Assembly: GCA_951406725.2 (NCBI GenBank)
Contig: OX597816.1
Coordinates: forward strand, 154,566,001 to 154,630,000
Direction of reading: 5' to 3'
Length of the DNA stretch: 64,000 bases
DNA from: Octopus vulgaris
Taxonomy: Eukaryota
Position numbers and translations under genes: made by a program. Numbering within the stretch: the first letter of the stretch is position 1; each line of letters opens with the position of its first letter. Below the pieces are notes generated by a model. That model was not told where the DNA came from and ran no database searches. It saw only the letters and a program-made list of their open reading frames with translations. Below, one piece after another: positions 30,440 through 43,245 of the stretch.

Positions 30440-31032
30440 CATGGCTGTGTGGTAAGAAGTTTGGTTCCCAACCAAATGGTTCTGTGTTCAGTCATACTGT
30501 GTGGCACATTGTGCAAGTGTCTTCTACTATCGCCGTGGGCTGACCAAAGCCTTGTGAGGGCATCTATTAAATGGAAACTAGAAAGAAGCCCATCATATAT
30601 ATGTGTGTTTGTACCTCTCACATTGCTTGATAACTGGTGTTGGTTTGTTTACGTCGTGGTTTGCTAAAAATGACCGATAGAATAAGTACCAAGCTTAAAA
30701 GTTAAGTAGTGGGATTGATTCATTCAACTAAAAACCCTTCAGGGCAGTGCTCTAGCTTGGCCACTGTCCAATGTCTAAAATAAGAACAAGTAAAAGATCG
30801 AAAGTTAAGGCAGCGAGCTGGCAGAAACGTTAGCATTCCGGGCGAAATGCTTAGTAGTATTTCGTCTGTCTTTACGTTCTGAGTTTGGTCGACTTTGCCT
30901 TTCATCCTTTCGGGGTCGATAAATTAAGTACCCGTTATGCACTGGGGTCGATGTAATCGACTTAATCCCTTTGTCTGTCCTTGTTTGTCCCCTCTATGTT
31001 TAGCCCCTTGTGGGCAATAAAGAAATAAGAAA
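30440..31032 (+). mobile_element. SINE family A (30440-30800) immediately followed by SINE family B (30807-31032)
   Basis: Family B core GAGCTGGCAGAAACGTTAGC...GGTCGACTTTGCCTTTCATCCTTTCGGGGTCGATAAA is repeated many times in the window. Confidence 0.78.
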
Positions 31033-31926
31033 GATCAAAAGTAACCCAGCTTAGTCAATTTCTCTCCAAGCTATTACAGAAAGTGTTGGCTTCTTCACTG
31101 CAATTTAATGAAATATTTTAATAATGCTGCCACTGCATGCAGTTGTATGTTGTACCTACTATTTGGTACCTGCTTCCAAGTAGGTGAACTGGACCATTTG
31201 AGAGTTTAGGGTTTTGCTCTGAGATAGATGCAACATGTTACTTGTGACAGGACATGAACTTCCCACCTTTCAGTCCATTGCTCAGTGCTATCGACAAGGT
31301 CACTTTTTCTTTTCTGGGAATATGTCCTTATTGTATAATGTCATAGATACTTGTTACTTCAACTCTCTACTTTTGCATTTTATTTTCTATATTAAAATTA
31401 ACATTCACTACAAGCAAAAGGAGATATGGGAATCACCATATCTTATCTAGAGGCAGATTTATCATACTCTAATGCCAACCACTCTATAGTGTGTACTAAA
31501 TGCTTTTCTGTGGTGACTTCACTAGTGTTGGTATCATGAAAAATGTGTTTAATACACTTTGTAAAGTGGCTGACATCAAGAAGAGTATCCATGGACTAAG
31601 TAGATTCTGTCTAACTATCCTGTCCATGCCAGTTGGACATTAAATGATGATGATATTCAGGTCCATCCATACTGTTTGTCTTCATTACCTAGACCTTAGC
31701 TTTTAATCATACATAAACAAACTAACTCAGACAATAGTGGCAACAGGCCTTGAATTTTATGTTGCATCCCACACAATCAACTCTCTGTTCACCATTAGTC
31801 CTTAGTATGAATTCTGTTGAATATACATTGTTTCTTAAGATTTTGTGTCCTTGTAGCTATGATTATTTATAATCATAGCAATTGATTATTTATAATCTTT
31901 AATTTTTTTCTTCTTTTGCTTCACAG

Positions 31927-32489
31927 GTTATAAGGGTATTGATAGTTTTTATGATTCTTTTGAGCGGTATATAATTCAGTTACTGAAAGAGAAGGAAACA
32001 GATCAGAATATGGAGAGGAAGCGTTGCCAAACTGTTGCAGAAGGTTGCGCTTTATCCAATGTCTGCAAGAAGCCAAAAATACAGGAAGTGGCTGAAGAAG
32101 AATTTGATTCCATACTGTGTACCAGTGAAAATGACAAGGTCAGGGAGAAGAACCAGTCAAAAGCAACTGCAGAAAATGGTAGCAATGTGGATATGTATCG
32201 TGAAACCAAAGGCTTGTCTTATTTGTCAGGCACAAATGGCAGTCTTTGTGAGCAGAATGGACACTGCATTGAGAATGGCAACAATAACAATAACAAAGCC
32301 ATTTTCATCAATAGCAACAACCTCAACAGCCTGAATAGTCCACTTGTAAGTCTTAATGATGACAACAACAACATCAACAGCAGTAGTAGCAATAGCAGTA
32401 ACAATAACATTTTATGCAATACAATCAGTGGTGAAGGCCTCAACAACCTCAAAGGAGGAAACATTCCAACTGTAAATGGTCTAACATGA
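31927..32489 (+). CDS. ITPK1: ITPK1 terminal coding exon (GYKGIDSFYDSFERYIIQLLKEKE... then Asn/Ser-rich tail, TGA stop)
   Basis: Pyrimidine tract plus CACAG acceptor. Completes the FPGY motif in phase and runs in frame into ORF 32010-32489. Confidence 0.92.
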
Positions 32490-32558
32490 TCATGATGTCA
32501 TTTAATATTTTTTATTATTGTAATTATTATTATTATTAAATTTTATTATTATTACTGA

Positions 32559-33660
32559 AGGTGGTGGATGGCAGAATTAGTAGAGCTCATACTTTAATGC
32601 CTTGAAGCATTTTATGTCCCTTTACATTCTGGAGTTCAAATCTCACCATGTCAACTTCAACTTTCATCCTTGTGGGGGTTGGGTGGGAGGTTCGATGAAA
32701 TAAAGTACCAGTGAATTACTGGAGTCGACTTAATCGACTATATCATTCCTTAAATTTTTGGTCTATAGAATATATTAGAAAACATTATCAAAATAATAAT
32801 TATTATTATTGGTTGAACAGAAAATTGATTTGATGCAGTCAAGTACTGAGCTGAAATACCTTGCAGTCTTTCGATCTTGTCTTCAAATTTTACTGAGGTC
32901 GACTTTGCCTTCCATCCTCCAGAAGTTAATAAAATAAGTACCAGTAATTGTACTGTAAAATCAAGTCAGTGAAATGTATCCTTTCTCCAGCTTATTTTAA
33001 ATAAAAAGCTAAGATTATTATTATTATTCATATTGGCAGAATGGTTAGTGCCAGGCAAAATGCCTTGAGGTACTTGTTTTGGCTCTTTACATTCTGAGTT
33101 CAAATCATACTCAGGTCAACTTTGCCTTTTATCCTTCTGGGATTGATAAAATAAAGTACCAGTGAAGTACTGGGGGGGTCGATATAATTGACTCACCCCC
33201 TCCTCTCTAAATTACTGGCATTGTACCTAAGTTATTATTATAATTATTCAGGGTGTTGGATGCAGAACCAGTTGAGCTCATACTTAATGCCTTGTGGTAT
33301 TTATGTCCCTTTATGTTTAGAGTTCAAATCTTGTTGGGGTCAACTTTGCCCTTTCGTCCTTCTGGGATTGATAAAATAAAGTACCAGACAAGTACTGGGG
33401 TTGATTTCTTTGACTTTACTATTTCTCACTAAAATTTGTGGCTTTGTGCCTATGTCAAAAGTTACTATTTATATTCAGTATGGCATCAACAGTGTTGGAT
33501 TAACGCCTTACTGTATTTACTGAAGACCCTTTACATTCTGAGTTCAAATCCCATCTGGGTCAGCTTTGCCTTTCATCCTTCTAGGCTGAAAAATACCAGT
33601 CTAGAACTGGGAGTCAATTTAATCGACTAAATCGCTTCCCCAAAGTTTGTGGCTTTGTTA
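32559..33660 (+). mobile_element. Cluster of about five degenerate SINE family B copies in the ITPK1 3' UTR
   Basis: Repeated TTCAAAT...GGTC.ACTTTGCCTT..ATCCT...ATAAAATAA.GTACCAG units separated by (ATT)n-like tails. Confidence 0.7.
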
Positions 33661-33873
33661 GGAATATTTTTCTTATTATTCTTATTCCTATTATTAATGT
33701 CATCTTCAAAATCATCACCATCATCATCATTGTTTAATCTTTGTTTCTTATTAAAATATATTTTATTTTAAATCTGTAAGGAAAAAAGGGGAAAACAATA
33801 AGATGTAAAAGAAAATGAAAAAAAAATGTATATGTATGTAATGTATGTATATATTTGTATGTGTATATGCATA

Positions 33874-33904
<31 letters not shown>

Positions 33905-34752
33905 ACACACATACACACACATGTATGCAGTTATGTATATCAGTGTATATGTAGATATATTTGTGTGTATATAAATATGTGCATACACACACACACACTT
34001 GTCTATATAATATGTATATATGTATGGAGGGTGCACATATATGTGTGTGTATTTATATGACTGTTTTTGCATGTGTCTACATACATATATAATATGCCAT
34101 ATTTACTCAATGTATAATGCAAGAAATTTGATATAAAATGCAAGTGAGGAAATTGGTGTGTAGTATTAAACTTGCTAGAATGTTCCAAACAAGTGTAAAA
34201 ACCCAATAACATATAAAAACACATCAAAGCAGAGGCCTTGATATATTTAATTACTAATGTATATACTTTATTGTCTTCAGTTATGAAATACTGTATATAT
34301 AGTGAATCAAATGGCTATTGTAAATTCTAGCATGCTGGTGGTATGTGGTTATAAACTGTGTAAAAGTAATTATTTAATTGAGAAGTGACATTGGTTCTTA
34401 ACTGTTTGTAGCTCAGTGCTTGCTTTCACAGAAAAGTGTTTCTTATAAGCTCCCCTCACCAAATTTGGCAAAACAAAAAAGCTTCAAATTATTTTAATCA
34501 AAGAAACACAATAGTTTATTAAACCAAATTTCTTATGCTATCCCATTCAGTTATTTGCCTCCTTTTAGATATCTTTGTGGATTAGTGCATGCTGTGTTAA
34601 ATTTTCATGAAAATCATTGAAGAAGGCAATGACTTAAATAATGAAATTATATTGGACCTTGGTATATAATCACATTTCTTCTCACTAATAAAACAATCTT
34701 CTCATTTTCTAATCTCAACAATGATGTTTTTTTTTTTGAAAAACATGTTTAA

Positions 34753-34973
34753 CCCTTTAGCATTCAATCAAACCATATCTGGCCCAAATATTCAACCTGT
34801 CTTATGTTCAAACTGGCTAGATGTGGCATGTCACACCTACTCTTACTATGTCATTCTAAGAATAAACAATCACATTGTGAAAATGTCAAAGATACAAAAT
34901 AATGCATGATTGATTCAAAATAATGTGAATTAATAAGCATTACATTTGACAGAGAAATATGAACACTAAAGGG
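34753..34973. mobile_element. piggyBac-like MITE
   Basis: TTAA|CCCTTTAG ... CTAAAGGG|TTAA. Confidence 0.8.
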
Positions 34974-35908
34974 TTAAAATGCGAGTATTGGACCTGGTTT
35001 AAATATTTTATTCCGAAGAAAGATCACGACATGTTAAAACATTCTGCACTACTCCATAATGCCAATTAATATTTGCTGCTCTGTATGAGCTCACAAGGTC
35101 CCGTTGGGTTGCAACAGCCCACATTAATAATCACTGGATTAAAGCACATCAGTTACATTAGTGATATGTGCTTATAGTGAAAAAAGTGTCGACCCATATA
35201 CTAAAATGCATATAAAAAAGCTCTTCCCAAGACTGCAAATCTTGAAATTTAAGTTAAAAGTTAAAAGAATTTAGTCAAAACAAAAACTTAGTTACAGAGT
35301 GGAAGCATTAAGCAGTGATGTGTGTAAATGCAATATTACTACCAGTTCAAATATGCTTGAACTCGTAAACAAGCCATTTACTGTGTTTTGTCATGGAGAA
35401 AATTTCTCCCTCTAGACAAATAGTGTATTGATTAGGTGTACTGATTTGAGTATATTTACACCTTTGTCTATAGTGAAACATTTTCTGCATAACGAAACAG
35501 TGAATGGCCTGCTTATGAGTTTGAACATGCCACAAGCATATTTGAACTGGTAATAATATTACACTGAGAAACTTAGTCATAAAATGCGTAATAGGAAAAA
35601 AATATGTGACTGATTTTGTAGCCAGAAAAAGCACCAGTGGCATTGTATTCGAGATTGCATTGTACTTGAGTAAAAAGTGTATATTTGTATGTGTATAGAT
35701 GTGTCTGTGTGAATGTAAATATATATATATATATATGTATATGCATGTGTTGATCACTATATGAGTATATGTATATGGGTACATGCATATATATATATAT
35801 ATATATATATATAGGTAGATGCATTTGTATGTGTTTATATATGTGTATACATGTAATATAGAATGCATACATAATTATGTATATATGTATGTGTACGTAA
35901 CTGTGTGA

Positions 35909-35940
<32 letters not shown>

Positions 35941-36669
35941 TGCATGCATGTGTGTGTATATGTATGTCTCTATATAAATGCATGTGCCTATAAATATATC
36001 TATATATAAATGTGTATGAATATCTTTGTGTATACCTCAATATGTACAGGAATAAATATATGAATATGCATAAGTGTATATACATATGTATGTTAATAAA
36101 TGTGTGTATATATATATATGTAAATATGTATATATGTGTGTGCATAAAAGATAGTGTTCAAAAGGCCTTTTAGCATTGAATTTTACACATCTTCAAATTC
36201 AAAAGGGACTTCTGATTCACTCTGTCTGTCTGTATGAATCTTATGTATTATCAATCTATCGTGTGTGTGTGTGAATTCATATTTCTATGTATGCATCTAT
36301 ATACAGTGGAAGTTGCTTATTGTGATTACATTTGGGACAGAGTATGCGGCATAACAATAACTGACTGATAACATTAAACAGATATAGCTATATTCCGAGA
36401 TTGTTTGGGACCCATTAAATTTTTTTAACAATACTGGTTTGATAACATTGTCTACGATTATTATAAGCAGCTTCCAGTGTGTGTATGTATATATCTGTTT
36501 ATAACGTGTGTAAATATATATATATATATGCATATAAACCCATATTCATGAAAATATGCTTATATATATGTATGTATGTAAATATGCATATATGTATGAA
36601 TATATATATATATAACTGAAGAAAAGCATATTTGTGTGTGTGTGCATCCATATGTATATATGCCTGTTG

Positions 36670-36710
<41 letters not shown>

Positions 36711-36786
36711 CACACGCACTTACATGCGTGGGTGTATAGTCACATAAATGAATGCATGCACATGTGTAAATGTATATATATATGCT

Positions 36787-36817
<31 letters not shown>

Positions 36818-37241
36818 ATATATACATGCTCAGTCATATATGTATGTTATATATATATACTTGCTCACTTGTGTGTGTGTCTATGTATATATAGATATAC
36901 ACATGCACAGATATAAACACCCACATATGCACACACAACTTTTAAAGTTTTTATTTTCTACAAACTGCTCTACTATAAATCATGGAACAGAAATTATTAA
37001 AGGAGGAAAAAAAAAATTACAAATTAAAAAAAAAGTGAAGGAGACATCCCAAAAATATCTAAAAATACAATATTCTGTAAAAGAACAAAAGAATTACAAA
37101 CCATTTTAGCTGTCATTTTGAATTTTGAAAAACAAACTAAGAACAAACTATTTTTTGCCTTGCTATCATATATCTTTTAGTTTTTTATTTCTTTCCCTTT
37201 TTTCCTTTGCCATTTTATAAATATATATTTTTATTTAAAGG

Positions 37242-37390
37242 AATAAAACAATATAAAAAAACATAACCAAGCGAAATAAAAGATATTAAAAGCAAAACGT
37301 CTTGTATTTTATGTAGTTTTCATTCTTTGTGAAACAAAAGTGTCATTGTTGTTTTTGCTGAAGTTTTGTTGTGTTGTTTTTCATGTTTTA
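37242..37390 (+). promoter_or_regulatory. Candidate ITPK1 polyadenylation region
   Basis: AATAAA at 37242 and 37275 and ATTAAA at 37285, followed by a strongly T/GT-rich tract. Other AATAAA sites exist upstream, so this is tentative. Confidence 0.4.
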
Positions 37391-37802
37391 AAGTGATGAG
37401 TCGTACCTATTCGCAGCATAGTGTAATTAGCCATTTAAAATATACAGAACCTTTGATTTTGCAACCCGCTCTCAACCATAGTTGTTGCTGTTGTTTCCAG
37501 TACTTTCTCATTAGTTAGGAGGGCTTTAAATGACCTTGTCGTAGTGGGGTGAGAAGTAGAACTGGAGGAGTAGAAAAATAATGATGAAAGTTTAGAGAAA
37601 GGTGAAGTAAAGTAATGAGGTGAAAATTGAGATGACAATGATTTTTAATCTGCAAAATTGAAATATAGGCACAAATTTCATTCAAGCATATAATAAATGG
37701 GTACACATTATTGACAAACCTTCAAGAAGGCTGAAACATGTCTAACATTCCCATCGGTTATTTGTTATGATGATGTTTGCTTTCCTTTGATTTATATATA
37801 TA

Positions 37803-38713
37803 TACTAGCAGCTAATCCTGGTTTCACCCAGTCTGTTTGGATGATGTGGCTGTGATTGTTTTCGGTTAGGCCTAATCTATAACAGCGCTTCTCAACCTTA
37901 TTATTTCGGGTCCTCTGTTTCGATTGGATCCTCCAGCCGTATGAAAATTTCGTGGCCCCCACCCCCAACTCATCAGAAAACAGCTTCAAATATTGTGAAG
38001 AATGAATTTGAATGTAGTCTTTTTGTGAGAGCTATCCTTTTGGACCTCTATCTAATCATTAAAACATTCATTTAATTATAAACAAGCAGTTGTATCTGTA
38101 AAACTTTTATTTGCAAAGAGCAGAAATTGAAAGAATATATATGAAATGGATGTGTGTGTGCATGCTCATCGTATAAAATTTTTACGATAGTTGATTTATG
38201 GAAAAGATTATTAAATTTTTGAAATGTAACTATGTGAATGAAAATTAAGTTCAGACCTGTACATGGTAGATAGACCTAGTAGAAATAGCAGCCAAAGCTC
38301 CCTACTGTCTTAACCCGGCAATTCTGCCTATTCTGTAGTTTGAATGAGAAACTGTAACTAAAGATTAAGATTATTAACCCCACAAAGAGGCGAAAGAAGA
38401 GAGACAGCATAGCGAAAGTTTTGGCTGATTGTCATCCTGTACTCCCCTTGTTGCTTGCGAAATGGTATATGCCGGCTGTGTGAGCAACTGGTTGTTTTAA
38501 TGGCGGAACCAAGAGGGGAATTCATTTAGAAAAGTTTTAATCGATTTTCTCGGTAAGTATGGGGGCTAGGAAAAAATACAAACCACATTCCAGTCTATGC
38601 ACCCGTCTGCACATGTGTGCCATTTTTCACGCGAATTCTCCCAGCCGTTTGGCTGTGAACCTCAAGACAAGAAAGAATACAACGATCGCCCATGTCCAAT
38701 TTATATTATAGAT
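37803..38713. mobile_element. Probable non-autonomous Helentron-type (DINE-1/HINE-like) element with a nested hAT-like fragment
   Basis: Begins TACTAGCAG plus a short stem-loop and ends TTATATTATAGAT. A related end occurs in the opposite orientation at 59284-59313. The family assignment is inference. Confidence 0.45.
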
Positions 38714-39496
38714 TTATTGTGTTTTAAAACATCTATGGAAATTTCTCTGTCAGACAAAACCACAATATGCCTGTCTATGGTGTATATACATTTAATATGA
38801 TACAAAGATGACAATTTTCATTTAATACTGTTTTGTGTTCACTGATTTGTTTACAGCCTGGTAAGCATTCTGCAATGGATTATTCACTTTCTTGGTACAA
38901 ATTTCATTCAATCATGTGAAAAATGGGTGCATGTTACTGAGAAGCTCCAAGAAGAGTCAAATGTGCTTAATGTTCCCATGAGTCACTGCTACAACATTTT
39001 TTTTATTTTGACATAGTGTTTTTAACACAACATGTCTATGAAGAGATTTTCTCATGCTACCTTAGTAGCATGCCTTTCTGCTGTGTTTACATTTAGTATG
39101 ATACAAAGATGACTATTCTAATTTAATTTGATATTGTTTCAATTGCATTCACCAAATTTTTGAATATTAAAGTGGTGGGAGATTGACAAGAGAGAAAAAT
39201 TGTATTTGATTTTCATATGGAGATCTTTAGTATATCTTATTAAAACGACTCAACAGTGAAAGGCAACATTATGCTACTCCAATTAAGGATTCATCCAAAC
39301 AATTTTTGTTGAATATTTGATATATGTGTTGAATGAAGGCATAGATAAGCGTATAGGATAGTAGATGACCATCTGAGTGGATGGTGGTTTGTATCCCGTC
39401 ACTGACATGGTTTGCCAATTCAGTGGCCATGATTATTTAATTTTCTGATGGTTCACAACAATCTGTGAAGAGTTACTGCAGAATAGGACAAAACTT

Positions 39497-39908
39497 GGAT
39501 CTTTTCGGTTTGAACAGCAGTTTTTTAAAATAATTTCTACGTAACTAAACACTTTTAAACTTTGTATATTGGTAGAATGTGTTTATAAAACATCTTTTTC
39601 TCTTGGCTTTATTGAGAAAATTCTATAGTTTGTAAGATATTTGTAGTTTCTTTTCTTCAAATTCTGCAATTTCAACCAATCAATGACGTCTATTGAGGTG
39701 AAAACATTCTGTGCCGTATGAAAATGTCCCTCGTTTAAGAAACAGATTAGGTTTATTTACATTTCTGAAGAAAAAAAGATAACCTTCCCCCCACCCCTAA
39801 CCCTAAAACAGATTGAAATGCAATAGATCGATACTAGGGTCATAATTATGGGTGACAATTTCATATGACACCGCTAGAAAAAAACTGCCGTTCAAACCGA
39901 AAAGATCC
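39497..39908. mobile_element. Merlin-like MITE, 412 bp
   Basis: 30 bp TIR GGATCTTTTCGGTTTGAAC(A/G)GCAGTTTTTT with 1 mismatch; 8 bp TSD CAAAACTT/CAAAACTC. GG termini with 8-9 bp TSDs are Merlin hallmarks. Confidence 0.85.
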
Positions 39909-41311
39909 CAAAACTCACTGTTGTAAACAGCGAATAACATTGTTAAAGTGGGGCAGAATTTCTATTAGCAGTAGTGTTTTAGGTTGCTAGATTGGCAGAA
40001 TCGTTAAAGCAGTGTTTTTCAAGATGGGGTGTAAATATGTAACAAGTGAACAAGACTTGCAATACAGTTTTGATTAAAACTGCTTTGGAATGAATGAATG
40101 AATAAATAAATAAAGGTGTGTGTGTGTATGTGTAACGCACATGTTTTTCTGGAAATTTGAAGTGGTGAGGTGGAACAAAAATGGTTGAGAAATACTGCTT
40201 TAGCATCTGACAAAAATGAAGTCTGCTCATTTTACCTTTTAATTCGATTTTGTTATCACGCAGGAAAATCTTTGACAGAAAATTGAAGTTGCAGGAGTGA
40301 TAAAAGGATACAACAAAATTAACACAGAATTAGTGTTGTTAATATTCTTTCTTTGATGTGCTACGTACTATCTCTGTTCAAGAGAGGTAGATTACTCGAC
40401 TTAGTAATAAACATAAGCGCCAACCAATGTCAAACTTAGTTATCTCCCCTATAACATAATTAGTACCGTCTTTTTCACGATTATTTCTTTCGGAATCACC
40501 AGCACAGTAACTGGCTGTTCTTTATTTTTGTCACTGTCTTCTTTCCTTACTACCTATTTGCTTAGTCTGTTTAGTCAACAGGAAAGACATTCTTTCATTG
40601 GACGAAGGTATAAGTGTGAAGTTTCTGAAAGAGTATTCAAACAGTCTCGTGCGATCGTTTGACAGATACTTCCATATATGCTAACATACGTACATACAAG
40701 ATAATACAGGGTTCGAAAACTATGGCAGATACCGCCAAAGTACAGAACGATGCTGCTCTCATTAGGTAGATACCATCAACGGATCCATCGGAACAGCATT
40801 TCAGGCACTAGGGATTCTACATTCACGACTACAGCATACATCCATTAGCATGAGGCTCCTTGATTTGTAGTGTTCAGTGTACATATATCTGAAGACACCC
40901 GAAACGCCACGAGAATACCAGATGTACAATACAATTGACTCGTAGTATAAACATTCAAAATAGAAACTAATAACATGAAGTACATTGACATCATAAACAT
41001 TATCATGTTACCATCAGCTGTTACAATTTCGCAGTTAAAGGGTTAATACACAGCTGTGTAAATGCATGCACGCACACACACAACTAACTTCTGCATAGTT
41101 TCATCTACTAAATTTCTCTCACGAGGTAGTAGCCAATCTTACACGAGTGTAGAAGGCACTCACCTGAGTAGCTGGAAGTGGAATCAAGCATGGGATCACG
41201 TGATTTCAAAAGAAATTCCTTAGCCACACAGCTATATTTGTGTCCAAAGTTTGATATTAGGTGGTTGTAACTAATGCGGCAAAATAGTTCAGTAAACTGA
41301 AAATGTGTATA

Positions 41312-41830
41312 CCGTAAATCCTCGTGTATAATCCGTATTTTTTCCCCAAAATTTAAAGGTCAAAATCCCCAGTGCGTATCATATACGAGGTTAAAAATGA
41401 AAATCATTTTCTAAGCAATGTCCGAGTCTCTATTTGCTGCCCGGCAATGTTTATTCCGACGCATTTTGTGATGTCGGGCGCGAAAATACCATAAGCTAAG
41501 CCTGAAAGCAATGAAGTCATAAAAGAATCATCCATAACTTGCAGTAAGCAACATTTATTAAATGTAAACGTTATTACTGTTATTTCTTTATATTCTGCAA
41601 ACTAAATGCACAAAAAAAGCTACACGTTTGCATTATGTTATATATACAATAATAATAAAGGACGTTACCGTATACAGTTTTACAAACCAAGGACGTTATA
41701 TAGACCTCCTTGACTTAAGTTAGAGAAGGGGTGCGTATCATACGCAAGGTTTACGTTTTTCAGAGGTACAGCCCCCTAAAAATCCCCTGCGTATCATACT
41801 CAAGGGCGAACTATACTCGAGGATTTACGG
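41312..41830. mobile_element. Tc2/pogo-like MITE
   Basis: TA|CCGTAAATCCTCG(T/A)GTATA TIRs at both ends with TA TSD. Confidence 0.88.
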
Positions 41831-42381
41831 TAGTTATTTTGATAGCTGATTAAAACCATATTTCACCGAGGCAAGTTCGTGTTAATATAGTTGACCCATG
41901 GAGTAGTAAAAGGTTAACGAGAAATATGTGTTTCGAGGATAAAACAATATTAATAATGCTTATTAAACACTAAAGGTTATTATTTAAAATTTTCCAGTAA
42001 CTATGGGAGACAACTACGAATATGTTTTGATATTCTTCAAACAACACCAGTGAAGCATAGTCTTCAACTTTATCAAGGGAGAGATGAAAGAATCACTAAG
42101 TAAATGTATAACATTGCACGTTTGATGGCGTACGAAAAGAGCTGTTTAGTGATTAAATAATTTACAGATGCCATTCGCTTATGATTTTCAGGGACTTGAA
42201 CAGAATACCTTCTCTTCTATGCGTTATGCTGCTATTGTTGTTGTTGTTGTGTAGGTCTCCATTAGGGCTGACATAGAAAAACATTATGACTTATCACAAA
42301 AAGAAAAAATGAAAATTGTGAAGGACAAATTGAACCTTCACACAAGAAATACTCTGGTTTCAGAAAGTCATTTTTTTCAAA

Positions 42382-42689
42382 TACACCTTCTCGACTTAGG
42401 ACCTATGCGAATTACGACCACAAAAAAAAATAAAAATAAAGTAAATAAAAAATCGATTTTTCGGACGTTGGGCAGCTGCGCGTACGATAACTATGGCAAT
42501 ATCTGGTAATGCAGGCCTCCCTCAGACCCAGCCATCGACTGCCTACCACAGTCTCTCACTCAGTCGCTTCCAAGCACCAGTTGCATGAATGAAAATAGTC
42601 TTGAAAAATATAAATCCGACATACGACCAGATCGACTTACAACCTGTCAGTCGGAACGGAACTTGGTCGTAAGTGAAGGAGGTGGTGTA
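42382..42689. mobile_element. Tigger/pogo-like MITE (degenerate)
   Basis: Imperfect TIRs TACACC..CGACTTAGGACC / GGTCGTAAGT..GGTGTA and repeated CGAC.TAC.ACC motifs. Confidence 0.6.
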
Positions 42690-43051
42690 TTAGGTATATT
42701 AGGACATAATTTGACAATATAATACGGTGAAATTTCATGTTACTAGCCAGATAGATCGAGAATTTTTATTCTTTTGGTAAATTGGAAAATACAGTGAAAT
42801 CATATACAACTGATTTTCGTTGTTATATTTAAGAGGAAACCCTACTTAAAATCCTTAAAATATGATATCTGCATGCAGCTGATGTTCTCCGGTGTTGCTG
42901 TTATGAAGAGAATTGGCATGTTTTGTAAGCGTTACTGCAATTCTGTTTTGTGTCCAAGATCCGGGGCGATTCACGATCGGATGTGAAGCCATACCTAGAA
43001 AACGGCTGGAGTATGTACAATATCATCTGCACACGAAGTTGTGTATGTTTT

Positions 43052-43087
43052 ATGAAAATGAGAAGTTAAAGAACTTCTCATTTTCAT
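43052..43087. other. Perfect 16 bp inverted repeat with a 4 nt loop (hairpin or cruciform)
   Basis: ATGAAAATGAGAAGTT-AAAG-AACTTCTCATTTTCAT. Confidence 0.93.
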
Positions 43088-43245
43088 GCAATGGGGTTCT
43101 TCCGAAGGGTTACTTGGAGTAATGTTATTCGATAGGGTGCGTAGCTGGTGTTCAATGAGTCTTTCCAGGTCGAGCCGCTTCTTCTCCGTACTGAGGGGTC
43201 ACAGCTCCGGTATCACGGACATGTGATTAGAACTTCACTGGAAAG
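43088..43245. repeat. 158 bp unclassified direct repeat, copy 1
   Basis: 153/158 identical to 47434-47591, no indels. Confidence 0.95.

Noticed and set aside
40889-40915. CTGAAGA...GAAA hammerhead-like words (also CTGATGA at 61203)
   Set aside because: No helix II or III pairing and no UH cleavage site.
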